The notes beneath the pieces are model-generated. The model worked only from the letters and a program-made list of their open reading frames with translations, did no database searches and had not been told where the DNA came from. The position numbers and the translations under genes were made by a program. A stretch of DNA of 64,000 nt from an uncultured Acidobacteriota bacterium (GTDB taxonomy: Bacteria > Acidobacteriota > Terriglobia > Bryobacterales > UBA6623): positions 9,286-73,285 of the forward strand of contig CAWFOP010000003.1 of NCBI GenBank assembly GCA_963817465.1, given 5' to 3'. This document shows positions 31,550 to 43,107 of the stretch, piece after piece. The first letter of the stretch is position 1. The number at the start of each line of letters is the position of its first letter.

Positions 31550-32710
31550 CTAGGCGGTCATCGCCGCGCCGGCGGCCTGCTCGAGCTCGGCGGCCTTGTG
31601 AGTCTTCTCCCACGAGAAACTGTCTTCGGTGCGGCCGAAGTGGCCGTAAGCGGCGGTCGGGTAGTAGATCGGCCGGCGCAGGTCGAGGTGCTCGATGATG
31701 CCTTTGGGCGTCAGCGGGAAGATGTCGCGCACGATTTGCGACAAGCGCTCGTCCTCGATCTTGCCGGTGCCGAATGTGTCGACCATGACCGAAACCGGGT
31801 CGGCGACGCCGATGGCGTAGGCGAGCTGGACTTCGCAGCAGTCGGCCAGCTTGGCGGCGACGATGTTTTTGGCGATGTGGCGGGCCATGTAGCACGCCGA
31901 GCGGTCGACCTTCGTCGGGTCCTTGCCGGAAAAGGCGCCGCCGCCGTGGCGGCCCATGCCGCCGTAGGTGTCGACGATGATCTTGCGGCCGGTGAGTCCG
32001 GCGTCGCCGTGCGGGCCGCCGATCTCGAAGTTGCCGGTGGGGTTGATGTGAAACTTGGTTTTGGCGTCGACCATGCCGTCGGGCAGGACGGGCATGATGA
32101 TCCGTTCCCGAACGACCTCGCGCAGCTTCGCCTGGTCGACCTTGTCGTGCTGCGTGCTGATGACGACGGCGTCAACGCGCACCGGGCGGCCTTGCTCGTA
32201 TTCGATGGTGACCTGGGACTTCGAGTCCGGGCGCAGGAACGGGATTTCCTTCGCCTTGCGGGCGTCGGCGAGACGCCGCACGAGCTTATGCGCGAGCATG
32301 ATCGGCAGCGGCATGAGCTCTTCGGTCTCATCGCAGGCGTAGCCGAACATCAGGCCCTGGTCGCCGGCGCCGCCGGTATCAACGCCCATGGCGATGTCGG
32401 GCGATTGGCGATCGACGGCGCTCATCACGCCGCAGGTCTTGTAGTCGTAGCCGTAGGCCGCGTCGGTGTAGCCGGTATCGCGGATCGCCTCGCGGGCGAT
32501 GTCGACGAAGCTGATGGACTCGCTGGTGGTGATTTCGCCGGCGATGATGCAGAGCCCGGTGGTGACCATCGTCTCGCAGGCGACGCGGCCCATCGGGTCG
32601 TTCGTGAGAACGGCGTCGAGAACAGCGTCCGAGATGCGGTCGCAGAGCTTGTCGGGGTGCCCTTCGGAAACCGATTCCGAGGTGAACAGATGCTTGTCAG
32701 TGCGTGCCAA
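31550..32710 (-). CDS. metK: S-adenosylmethionine synthetase
   Basis: [28 protein letters not shown]; TTG start 32710 after a GGAGG SD. Confidence 0.98.
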   Translation of the reverse strand: MARTDKHLFTSESVSEGHPDKLCDRISDAVLDAVLTNDPMGRVACETMVTTGLCIIAGEITTSESISFVDIAREAIRDTGYTDAAYGYDYKTCGVMSAVDRQSPDIAMGVDTGGAGDQGLMFGYACDETEELMPLPIMLAHKLVRRLADARKAKEIPFLRPDSKSQVTIEYEQGRPVRVDAVVISTQHDKVDQAKLREVVRERIIMPVLPDGMVDAKTKFHINPTGNFEIGGPHGDAGLTGRKIIVDTYGGMGRHGGGAFSGKDPTKVDRSACYMARHIAKNIVAAKLADCCEVQLAYAIGVADPVSVMVDTFGTGKIEDERLSQIVRDIFPLTPKGIIEHLDLRRPIYYPTAAYGHFGRTEDSFSWEKTHKAAELEQAAGAAMTA

Positions 32711-32863
32711 TCCTAAGTCCTCCCATTTCAACTGGGGAAATGCCGGCGCTTGGTTGATCGAGACCCGGAAAGGGCCGTTGGAAAGGGTCTAGTCCCCCAA
32801 ACCCAATTTTCAACGCTACCAGGGTTTAAGGCGCGGGTCAACGTCGGCGCTTCGAACGGGATT

Positions 32864-33754
32864 TTACCGCTGCCGGAATTCCAAACGCCAGTCCGAGTGG
32901 AGCGCGCTCGCCGAGCCGCTGGCGCCGAGCGAAACGACGCGCTGGTCCTTCACGAGCAGGGTGCCCGAGCCGGCGGTCTTGCCGGCGCCGAAACCGCCGC
33001 GGAAGGTGAGCCGATACCGCGTCGTATCGCCCGGCCCCGGCCCGGTCTTGGCCCAAGATCCTTCGAGAACGGCGCTGAAGCCGGGCCCGAACATCTTGAG
33101 GTGAACGGACCCGTCGCCGTCGAGGAACACCTCCATGGCGTCGAAATGACGCTCCGTTCCCTCGGCGGCGACCACAGTGAAGGTTCCTTCGCCCTGCACC
33201 GTAACGCGGAGAGGACCCGCCGCCGGGGCCGCGGGGGCTTGGGCTGCGTGAGCCGGACGAGGCGCGTCGATGCGCTCATCGGGATTGTCGCGGGACCGCC
33301 CGGGCGGCAGAGGTTGTCCCGAAGACTCGACGGAGTTGGCGGGGTGCGCAAAATCCGTGTAGCGCCCGGCGGCGCTGAAACTCGCGCTGAACGCGCCGTT
33401 AGAGCCGCTCAAGCCGACTCTGGCGGCGCGGCCGCCTTGCAACATGAGGACGCCCTGGCCCGACGCGCTTGCGCCGAACGCCTGCGTGAGCTCGAGCGAA
33501 ATGCGGTCGTCGGAAGCTTGACTCCACCGGCCCCGGAACTGAAACTTCCCCTCGCCCTCGAAGGAGATGATGAACTCTCCGTCCACCTTCAGGCTGAGCT
33601 GCGCCTGGTTCACCCGAGCGAGGGCTTCGCCGCTCCGGACGACGCCGCCGGAACCCTCGGCGGTGGCGCTCAACTCGTCGAGCGCTAAAGCGGAGGGCGC
33701 CGCGGCGACGGCCGCGATCGAAAGCAAGACGGCGATTGCGAGGCGCGTGTGCAC
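32864..33754 (-). CDS. Secreted hypothetical protein with two beta-rich repeat domains
   Basis: Signal peptide; paralogous to the C-terminal part of 33780-34979 (shared TVQG.G...FDAMEV.L...G.W...F.QR). Confidence 0.8.
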   Translation of the reverse strand: MHTRLAIAVLLSIAAVAAAPSALALDELSATAEGSGGVVRSGEALARVNQAQLSLKVDGEFIISFEGEGKFQFRGRWSQASDDRISLELTQAFGASASGQGVLMLQGGRAARVGLSGSNGAFSASFSAAGRYTDFAHPANSVESSGQPLPPGRSRDNPDERIDAPRPAHAAQAPAAPAAGPLRVTVQGEGTFTVVAAEGTERHFDAMEVFLDGDGSVHLKMFGPGFSAVLEGSWAKTGPGPGDTTRYRLTFRGGFGAGKTAGSGTLLVKDQRVVSLGASGSASALHSDWRLEFRQR

Positions 33755-33779
33755 GATGCCGTTTGTTGTAGCAGAAAGC

Positions 33780-34979
33780 TCAGCGCTGGTGAAAACTCAG
33801 CCGGAAGCTGCGGTTCCCCTGGGTCGACCGGCCTTGCAGCGTCACTTCATCGACATGCTTGTTCGCGCCAAGCAAAACGACGCCGGAACCGTCGGATTGC
33901 AAGTCGTCGAAAGCGCGGTCCAGGCTGATGCTATAGCGTTCTTGGCCGGCGGCCGTGCTGTCTTGACGCTGCCACGCGCCGCCGAACGATTGCTTGATGC
34001 CGGCGCCGAAAATCTGAAATTGAGCCCGGCCGTTCTCGTACAGGTACACCTCCATCGCGTCAAAATTCTTCGTCCGCGCGTTGGAGACGTAGCGGCCCGC
34101 GCCTTGCACGGTCTCGGTGATCGGCTCGGCTGATGGTTCAGCCTGACCAGTCAGCGGAGCCTTGATTTGGTTCGCATCGGTTTCGGTGATGCGTAAGGTT
34201 CCAACGACATCGTCGTAGCGGTCGGCGCCGAGCTCGATGCGGTCGAGGCCGGCGCTGTCGCGGCGAATCACGCCGGAAGCGTCGACGACGCGGCCGGCGG
34301 CGCGATCGATGTTCAGGGCGATGCCGCGCTCGCCGGCGTCTTGCCATTGGCCCTCGAGCGCATAGGTCTGCGCTCCCCGCATCTGGATGGTAAAGCGCTT
34401 GTCGTCGCGCAGATCGATGGATGCGCTCGAGATCGGGACGGCTGGACTCGAGCCGATGGACAAAGATCCGACGCCGCGGACGATGGTCTGCATGCGGTCG
34501 TCGTTCCACAGGTTCAAATCACTCCAGGCTTGGGAGCCGCCGGAACCGCTGGAGTTGTAGAGGGCCCGCCAGGAGGCGCGAAGGCGGTAGACGTCCGATC
34601 CGGCCTCCGTATCGTTGATGTGCACCAGCAGCGCCCAATCGTTCTCAGCCGTGGGACGCTGCACGATCTGGATCGGCGCGCGGCCGCTCAACTGTTGCAC
34701 TTGCAAGCCGCTGACGGGCTGCGCGGGAAGCGCGCGGGTCATCTTGGTGCCGGCGTCTTGAGGCGCCTGGCCGGAGAGCACGCGGTAAGCGACCACGTCG
34801 CCTTTGACCTCGAGCAACGCTTCGCCGTCGACCCTGGCGGCCAAATCAAACCGCTCTCCCAGGGCGTTAGGCGCCGCATAGTCCAGCTTCGTCACCTGCC
34901 ACTGACCTGTTTGGGCGGGCAGTCGCGAGGCCAAACCCAATGCTGAAAGAACAAAGAACGCGGCTGCTATTCGTCTCAT
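33780..34979 (-). CDS. Secreted three-domain hypothetical protein
   Basis: GGGAGG SD; signal peptide; N domain similar to 42400-43086; two C domains similar to 32864-33754. Confidence 0.8.
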   Translation of the reverse strand: MRRIAAAFFVLSALGLASRLPAQTGQWQVTKLDYAAPNALGERFDLAARVDGEALLEVKGDVVAYRVLSGQAPQDAGTKMTRALPAQPVSGLQVQQLSGRAPIQIVQRPTAENDWALLVHINDTEAGSDVYRLRASWRALYNSSGSGGSQAWSDLNLWNDDRMQTIVRGVGSLSIGSSPAVPISSASIDLRDDKRFTIQMRGAQTYALEGQWQDAGERGIALNIDRAAGRVVDASGVIRRDSAGLDRIELGADRYDDVVGTLRITETDANQIKAPLTGQAEPSAEPITETVQGAGRYVSNARTKNFDAMEVYLYENGRAQFQIFGAGIKQSFGGAWQRQDSTAAGQERYSISLDRAFDDLQSDGSGVVLLGANKHVDEVTLQGRSTQGNRSFRLSFHQR

Positions 34980-35027
34980 CGCACGCCTCCCTAACTCGAA
35001 GTGTGGATGGGAGCGGCCCGCGGGCTG

Positions 35028-37286
35028 TTACAGCCGAGCGGCCGGCTGGGAGACGGCGGCGGCGGACGGGAAGCCGATCAGGCGGACGAGCTCTTGGTAG
35101 CGCGGATGCGAGCGAATAGGATCGAAGACGGGCTCGCACAGCAGGTAGACGACCATATTGTCGTGGCGGTGATAGGACTCCTCGAGCAGGTTCATCGCCT
35201 CGTCGACGTTGCCGAAGCCGATCTCGAGAATCGCCATGATTATCGGCGCGACATAGCGGTTGCGGGCGGAGTCGATCACGCGCTGACGCAGGCGGAGCGC
35301 CCCTTCGCGATCGCCTCCGCCGATCTGCACGAGCGAGGTCAGCATGTAGTAGCGGACCGGATCGGGCGCGAGCGACTCGAGCGTTTCGATCGTCTCGAGC
35401 GCCTCGTCGAGCCGCCCCTCCATGAGGTAGGCGATCGACAGGTCGAAATACGCTTGCGCGAATTCGGCGTTCATGCGGATCGTGCGTTGGCACTGCTCGA
35501 TCGCTTTCGCGTAGTCGCGCGAGAAGTGCCAGACGCGGCCGACCGCGGTGGAGATGATCAGAGAGAGCGGGTCGAGCTCGTGCGCGCGACCCACCTCGGC
35601 GCGGGCCTCGTCGAGCCGCAGCAAGGCGGCGAGGAACAGGGCGTACTGATGGTGCGCGGAGGCGTAACCGGGATTGAGCTCGATGGCGCGGCGGAACTCG
35701 CTTTCCGCGCCCTTCCAGTCCCAGTCGGCGCGATAGAGCACCAGGGCTTTGGCGATATGAGCTTCGGCGCGGGAGTCGTCGATCTCGAGCGCCTTCTCGG
35801 CCGCTTCGCGAGCGCGCTGCAGCGGGACCTGCGGACCCTCGTTGCTGTAGGCGCCCGAGGCCATGAGCACGTGCACTTCGGCCAAGCCGGCGTAGGCGGC
35901 GGCGAACTCGGGGTCGCGCTCGACGGCGGCGCTGAAGCGCTCGAGGGCTTGTTGCAGCGCGTTTCGCGTGCGCTGGTTGTGGTAGTAGCGGCCTTCCAGG
36001 TAGAGGTTGTAGGCGTCGAGGTCGCCGGTCGGACGGCGGCCTTTGCGCTTGGCTTCGAGCTTGCCTTTGAGGATCGAGACGATGGCCTGGGCGATCTCGT
36101 CCTGAATGGCGAAGACGTCTGCGAGGTCGCGGTCGTAGCGCTCGGACCAAAGGTGATAGCCGTCGGCGACGTTGATGTGCTGCACGGAGATGCGCAGCTT
36201 GTCGCCGGCCTTGCGGACGCTGCCTTCGAGCAAGGTTTCGACCTTCAGCTTGCGCCCGATATCGCGGATGTCGTAGCACTCGCCCTTGAAGCGAAAGCTC
36301 GACGTGCGCGAGACGACTTTGAGGCCCGGGACTTCAGAGAGCGCCAGGGTGATCTCTTCGGTGATGCCGTCGCAGAAGTACTCCTGGTCGCCGTCAGGGC
36401 TCATGTCGACGAAGGGGAGGACGGCGATGGTCGGCTCGATCTGCGCGGCGCGATGCCGCTTGGTGCGGGCGACGTCGCTGAGGGCCTCGAGCGCCGCGAC
36501 GACTTCGTCCATGCTTTGATAGCGCTGCTCGGGTTCCTTGGCGAGCAGGGTGTCGAGAACCTTTTCGAAGCCCGCGGGCACGTCTTCCCGCAGTCCGGCT
36601 AGGGGCGGATGAGGCGTGTTGACGACATCGTAGAGAATGACGGCTTCCTCTTTATCGACGAAGGGAGGGCGGCCGGCGACCAGCTCGTAGAGCAGGACGC
36701 CGAAAGAGAAGATATCGGAGCGGTGGTCGACGGGGAGGCCCTGCGCCTGCTCGGGCGACATGTAGGCGGCGGTGCCCACTGTTTCGTCCTTGGCCGGCCG
36801 GCGGCCGGCGACCTGAGCGACGCCGAAGTCGGTGAGCTTGACCTCGCCGTCTGCGGTGAGCAGCACGTTGTCGCCCTTGACGTCGCGGTGGACGATGCCG
36901 TGGCGGTGGGCGTGCGCCAGCGCCCGGGCGATGCGAACGCCCCAGGCGAGCGCCTTGTCGAGGGGCAGGCGCTCGTCATTCGCGCGGAGAGCCTTGATTT
37001 TTTCGTGCAGCGTGCCGCCGGGCAGAAATTCGAACGCAAGGAAGCGTTCGCCGCGGTCTTCCTCGACGGCGTAGATGGTGGCGATGTTGGGGTGATTGAG
37101 GCGCGAGATGGCGCGGGCTTCGTGCAAAAAGCGGTCGACTTCCTCTTCCGACGCCTGTAGATCGGCGCTGAGGAACTTGAGGGCGACTTCGCGCTCGAGC
37201 GAAGTGTCGCAGGCGCGGTAGACCACGCCCATGCCGCCTTCGCCGAGGCGCTCGAGCAGCTCGTAGTGCAGTACGCGCTCTCCCAT
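35028..37286 (-). CDS. Ser/Thr kinase with TolB-N-like and TPR domains
   Basis: GEGGMGVVY, HRDVKGDN, DFG, YMSPEQ; IAVLPF.DMS...EYFCDGITEE; TPRs; start ATG 37286. Confidence 0.93.
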   Translation of the reverse strand: MGERVLHYELLERLGEGGMGVVYRACDTSLEREVALKFLSADLQASEEEVDRFLHEARAISRLNHPNIATIYAVEEDRGERFLAFEFLPGGTLHEKIKALRANDERLPLDKALAWGVRIARALAHAHRHGIVHRDVKGDNVLLTADGEVKLTDFGVAQVAGRRPAKDETVGTAAYMSPEQAQGLPVDHRSDIFSFGVLLYELVAGRPPFVDKEEAVILYDVVNTPHPPLAGLREDVPAGFEKVLDTLLAKEPEQRYQSMDEVVAALEALSDVARTKRHRAAQIEPTIAVLPFVDMSPDGDQEYFCDGITEEITLALSEVPGLKVVSRTSSFRFKGECYDIRDIGRKLKVETLLEGSVRKAGDKLRISVQHINVADGYHLWSERYDRDLADVFAIQDEIAQAIVSILKGKLEAKRKGRRPTGDLDAYNLYLEGRYYHNQRTRNALQQALERFSAAVERDPEFAAAYAGLAEVHVLMASGAYSNEGPQVPLQRAREAAEKALEIDDSRAEAHIAKALVLYRADWDWKGAESEFRRAIELNPGYASAHHQYALFLAALLRLDEARAEVGRAHELDPLSLIISTAVGRVWHFSRDYAKAIEQCQRTIRMNAEFAQAYFDLSIAYLMEGRLDEALETIETLESLAPDPVRYYMLTSLVQIGGGDREGALRLRQRVIDSARNRYVAPIIMAILEIGFGNVDEAMNLLEESYHRHDNMVVYLLCEPVFDPIRSHPRYQELVRLIGFPSAAAVSQPAARL

Positions 37287-37394
37287 GTTCGAAATCCCGG
37301 TCGCGGCGGTCGGCCGCCTGTCGCCGCAGATCGCATTATCGCCGAAGGCCGCGCGGCTGGCGGGCGTCGCGCCGGTTCTGGCAGGATGGTGTCG

Positions 37395-37775
37395 ATGAAT
37401 TCGCTCAACGGACACGCTCCAGGGGCGCGCAACGTGCTGGGCAAGCGGCTGGCGACGTGCTGCAGCTCGCCTCTGACGGGGTTTTACCGCGACGGCAAAT
37501 GCTCGACGGGCCCGGAGGATGTAGGCAGTCACACGGTCTGCGCGGTGATGACCGAGGAGTTTCTGGAGTTCAGCCGGGAGCGCGGGAACGACCTCTCGAC
37601 GCCGCGTCCGGGCTTCCCGGGCTTGAAGCCGGGCGACAAGTGGTGTTTGTGCGCGGCGCGCTGGAAGGAAGCGCTCGATGCGGGCGCGGCGCCGCCGGTG
37701 GCGCTGGACGCGACCCACGAGAAGGCGCTGGATGTGATCGATCTGCACGACCTGAAGGCTCACGCGGCCGAGTGA
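37395..37775 (+). CDS. DUF2237 family protein
   Basis: NVLG..L..C...P.TGFYRDG.C, HTVCAVMT, GLKPGDKWCLCA.RW. Confidence 0.9.
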   Translation: MNSLNGHAPGARNVLGKRLATCCSSPLTGFYRDGKCSTGPEDVGSHTVCAVMTEEFLEFSRERGNDLSTPRPGFPGLKPGDKWCLCAARWKEALDAGAAPPVALDATHEKALDVIDLHDLKAHAAE

Positions 37776-37797
37776 GGCTTCGCGGTCCCCAAATCTC

Positions 37798-38988
37798 CTA
37801 ACGTTGCAAGGCTTGTTTATGGCTGAGCGCGACGCCGTGGGCGACCAGGGCGACGAGCATCACGCCGATGAGGAGCACGCTGACCGGAGCCGTCACGAGG
37901 GGCGCGGCGAAGGCGGCGGCTATCGCGAACGCGGCGCCGGCGAGCTTGATCACCGCGTAGGCCGGCCGAAAGCCGTCTTCCGCGACCGTCTCGATCAACG
38001 TAATGGTCGTCAGGATGGCCGCCGTCGCCGCGCCCACGGTGAGGGCGATCCCTTGCTCCGATAGCGCGACGTGGTGCGGGTCGGCGAGCCATTGGGCGGC
38101 GAGCGCCAACCCGGCGCCAAGCGCCGCGATCGCCGCAAAGAGAAAATAGTGGCCGTAGCCCCACACAAATTGGGCGCGGCGGCCCTTGACCGGAGCCTGG
38201 CCGCTGCAGAAATCGAAGTAGATCCACCAGATCGAGAAGACAATGATCAGGCCGCCGGCGGCGAGCTCGAGAAGCGGCGACACCGCGGTCTGAGAGTCGA
38301 TGGCGCGGCCGACGGCGACGGTGGCCGAGGCGATCGATTCGCCCAGCACGATGATCGTGAACAGGCCGTAGCGCTCGACGATATGGCCGCGATGGCCGGC
38401 CGCCCGAGCGTCCCAGCCGGACACCACAGGGGTCGCTACATCGACCGCGAACCACACGACAAATGCCGGGACCCGCCACTCGACCGGAACCCACAGGAAC
38501 AACACCCAGCCGATCTGATTAATCGTCGTCAGCACGATCATCTTCACCGCCACCGGCCGCCAGGCCGGGTCGCCCGCGCGTGCGACGCGCGCCCACTGCA
38601 CAACGTAGGCGAGGCGCATGACGATGTAGGAGGTGACGCCGATGCGAAAGTCGAGCTGGGCGAGCCGCGGCACTCCGGCCGCCAGTCCAAGCGAGCCGGC
38701 GATCATCACCATCGTCAGCAGCCGGTAGGGCACGTCGTCGGTATCGAAGACATTTCCGAACCAGGTGAACGCCATCCAGGCCCACCAGATGGCCGCGAAG
38801 ACGATCAGGTAGGCGGTCAGGCCCGAACCGACATGGCCTTCAGCGAGGAAATGCTCGAGCTGGCGGGCGGCCTGCGCGACGGCGACCACGAACGAGAGGT
38901 CGAACAGCAGCTCGAGCCAGGACGCCTGGCGGTGTCCTTCCGAATGCTCCCTGGCGACCATCGGCCGCAGCCATCTTTTCGCCTGCAC
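37798..38988 (-). CDS. ltrA: Low temperature requirement protein A family membrane protein
   Basis: ASWLELLFDLSFVVAVAQ, HIVERYGLFTIIVLGE, WGYGH. Confidence 0.88.
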   Translation of the reverse strand: MQAKRWLRPMVAREHSEGHRQASWLELLFDLSFVVAVAQAARQLEHFLAEGHVGSGLTAYLIVFAAIWWAWMAFTWFGNVFDTDDVPYRLLTMVMIAGSLGLAAGVPRLAQLDFRIGVTSYIVMRLAYVVQWARVARAGDPAWRPVAVKMIVLTTINQIGWVLFLWVPVEWRVPAFVVWFAVDVATPVVSGWDARAAGHRGHIVERYGLFTIIVLGESIASATVAVGRAIDSQTAVSPLLELAAGGLIIVFSIWWIYFDFCSGQAPVKGRRAQFVWGYGHYFLFAAIAALGAGLALAAQWLADPHHVALSEQGIALTVGAATAAILTTITLIETVAEDGFRPAYAVIKLAGAAFAIAAAFAAPLVTAPVSVLLIGVMLVALVAHGVALSHKQALQR

Positions 38989-39010
38989 GTATGGACTCGT
39001 CGAGCGCGCC

Positions 39011-40447
<1,437 letters not shown>

Positions 40448-40510
40448 GAGCAAGAGGATAGCGGACGGCCTCCGGCTAGACCAAACCCGAGCGCGTTGGG
40501 CATTAAGCGA

Positions 40511-41623
40511 TTAGCGGGCGGACACGACTTCCTGAGCCGCGTCGGCGCTCTCGCAGACATAAACGGCGGGCGCGGCGCCGAAGCGCCGCTGAAAGCGGTC
40601 GGAGACGAAGGCCTTGAACTCGGAGACGTTGTTGCGTTCCACAAGGTTCACTGTGCATCCGCCGAAGCCGCCGCCGGTCATGCGGGCGCCGATCAGCCCC
40701 TTGGCTTGATTGGCGGTCTCGACGAGGAAGTCGAGCTCCATGCAGCTCACCTCGTAGTCGTCGCGCAGGCTGCGGTGCGACTGCGCCATGAGCTCGCCCA
40801 TGCGATCCAGGTCACGGCCTTCGGAAGCGGCGACGAACTCGATGACGCGCGCATTCTCCGTGACGATGTGGCGCGCGCGGCGGCGGACGGGATCGTCGAG
40901 CTTGGCTTCGAAGGCGGGCCACTGGTCGACCGGGATATCGCGCAACTGTTTTCCAAGGGCGGCTTGGGCGGCCTCGAACTCGCGGCGGCGCTGGTTGTAG
41001 GCGCTTGTAGCCAGCTCGTGTTTGACGCCGCTGTCGAGCAGCACGATCTCGAGGCCGGGCGGCAAAGCGACCAGGCTGTGCTCGAGGCTGCGACAGTCGA
41101 TCAACACCGCATGATCCCGTTTGCCGAACAGCGAGGCGAATTGGTCCATGATGCCGCAGGCCAGGCCGACAAAATCGGATTCCGCGCGCTGGCAGATCTG
41201 CGCCAAGTCCTTGCGGGAGACGTCGGCGCCGTCGAGGCTCACCAGCGCGAGCGCCACGCTGACCTCCATGGCCGCGGAGGAGCTCAGGCCCGCGCCGAGG
41301 GGCACGGTGCTGCTGAGGCTGAGGTCGGCGGGGAAAATCTTGACGCCGCGGCGGGCAAGCTCGACGGCCACGCCGGCGGCGTAGTCCGACCAATCGCCGC
41401 GCGGCTCCAGGTCGGGGATCCGCGCGACCTCCCAGCTCGCCTCTTTCTTCAGATCGAGCGAGCGGATGCGCAGCCGGCCGTCGTCGCGCGCGGAGACGCC
41501 GACTTGGCATGACAAGTCGAGGGCGACGGGCAACACCAAGCCGCCCGCGTAGTCGGTATGCTCGCCAATCAGGTTGACCCGGCCGGGCGCTCTGAATACT
41601 CTGGATTCCTCGGATGCGGCCAT
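40511..41623 (-). CDS. galK: Galactokinase
   Basis: APGRVNLIGEHTDY, GAGLSSSAA, CGIMDQF, GARMTGGGFGG. Confidence 0.97.
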   Translation of the reverse strand: MAASEESRVFRAPGRVNLIGEHTDYAGGLVLPVALDLSCQVGVSARDDGRLRIRSLDLKKEASWEVARIPDLEPRGDWSDYAAGVAVELARRGVKIFPADLSLSSTVPLGAGLSSSAAMEVSVALALVSLDGADVSRKDLAQICQRAESDFVGLACGIMDQFASLFGKRDHAVLIDCRSLEHSLVALPPGLEIVLLDSGVKHELATSAYNQRRREFEAAQAALGKQLRDIPVDQWPAFEAKLDDPVRRRARHIVTENARVIEFVAASEGRDLDRMGELMAQSHRSLRDDYEVSCMELDFLVETANQAKGLIGARMTGGGFGGCTVNLVERNNVSEFKAFVSDRFQRRFGAAPAVYVCESADAAQEVVSAR

Positions 41624-41696
41624 CTAGCTACTTCATTTCTCCGGCGACAAAATCCCGGATGCCGCGAAGACGCCGACCCAGGAGCAAACCTTCAGT

Positions 41697-42182
41697 ATGA
41701 GGAATTCCGCCGCTATTTTGGCAGTCTTGTTGCTGTTGGGGGCCTGTTCTTCGGGTTCGGTCGAGCCGAGCGACCAGGAGGCGCGGGAGGCGGAATTTGA
41801 ACGTTCGATGCGCAATGTGACGCTACAAGGCCACTTTACCGTGAGTAGGGACGGCGAGGCGGATCGCCTGCGCGAAGAGCGCTACGGGATCGAAAGCGTC
41901 ACGAAGATCGCAGGCGACCTCTGGAGCGTCGCGGCGCACATCGAATACGGCGACCACGACGTCACCGTTCCGGTCCCGGTGCGCCTGAGTTGGGCCGGCG
42001 ATACGCCCGTCATCCATCTGACGGATGCGACGATACCCGGTTTGGGTACGTTCACGGCGCGGGTGATGTTCTATCGCGATCACTACGCGGGGATGTGGTG
42101 GCACGGCGAGACCGGCGGCAACCAATTCGGGCGGATTCTGCGCTCGCAGGAAGGCGACGCCGACCGCCGGCGGGAGAAGTGA
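41697..42182 (+). CDS. Hypothetical lipoprotein
   Basis: Lipobox LGAC; WAGDTPVI...IPGLGTFTARV...YAG.W; typical GC-rich codon usage. Confidence 0.8.
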   Translation: MRNSAAILAVLLLLGACSSGSVEPSDQEAREAEFERSMRNVTLQGHFTVSRDGEADRLREERYGIESVTKIAGDLWSVAAHIEYGDHDVTVPVPVRLSWAGDTPVIHLTDATIPGLGTFTARVMFYRDHYAGMWWHGETGGNQFGRILRSQEGDADRRREK

Positions 42183-42399
42183 GGCCCGAGGAAGCTTCCC
42201 CATCCCCGCCCCGCAGGCTGTTACGATGGCCTTTGTTATTCCCCGGCGCCATTCGGGCCCCAAATATTTGGCAATTATGGGCTGTAACGGAATGTCGCTG
42301 ACGTTACATCCATCTGTCTTCCATTCGGCGTTCCCAACCTGATGTTTATCATGCTTCTTCATTGCACGGATTGCCCGGTCCGTCACGAGGTGTTCCTAA

Positions 42400-43086
42400 G
42401 TGCGCACGCTGATCTTTTGCGTAGCGACGGCGATGTTGAGTTGCAGCGGTTTGACTTCCCAACACGGCAGTTGGCAAGCGATCGCGAAAGGCGGGCCGGT
42501 CGAGGGGCGGGAAGCCTTTGACCTGCGCGCGGTTCTAGGCGGACCGACTGATTTCGAGCTCAAAGGGTCGACGGTCAATTGGAGCCAAGCCTAGCGGGGC
42601 GGTCGCGCCTCGAGACGACGGTTCCTCGTTCACCGCGCCGCTGCCCGACCATGTTCCCGAGGAGCTGCAGCTCAAGCCAATCTCCGGTCGCAGCTCGCCT
42701 GAAACTAGATCGAGCGGCCATCGCCGGAAAACGACTGGACGCTTCGGCTCGCGTTCGAAGGCGCCGAGCCCGGAGATGAGCCGTATCACGTTCGGCTAAG
42801 TTGGAAATCGGACCAGGCGACTTTGGCGCAAAACATCTCGCCGATCTTGATGGAGAGTTGCCATCGCGAAGTGCAGTTGAAGTTTCAAGACAGGTACCCG
42901 GCCGCGGCTATCGCGTGGGACGAGCACAGCGAGAGACCGGCCGGGGTGCTCGTTTACATGCACGGCGAGGCGACGGCGGCGGCGGGAGCCACGCGCCTGC
43001 GCGTCGAGTGGGAGTGTTTCGTCGACCCGCGCCACAACGCGGTTCGCAAGTCCGCCTACAAGGTCTTGCGCACGTTGGACGACTAG
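42400..43086 (+). pseudogene. Secreted protein/lipoprotein with two compensating frameshifts (about 42585 and 42705)
   Basis: Three segments join into one protein resembling the N domain of 33780-34979 (FDL.A, SG..P.D.G, LP, SGR, RP..ENDW.L, Y..R.SW). Confidence 0.7.
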
Positions 43087-43107
43087 CGGTTTCGCGCCGC
43101 GGGCTCT

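Noticed and set aside
37287-37763. N-terminal extension of the kinase-TPR ORF to 37763
   Set aside because: It overlaps the DUF2237 gene on the other strand; the kinase domain starts right after ATG 37286.
42592-42594. Pyrrolysine/amber readthrough in the 42400 gene
   Set aside because: Homology to the paralogue continues in a different frame, and further in-frame stops follow.
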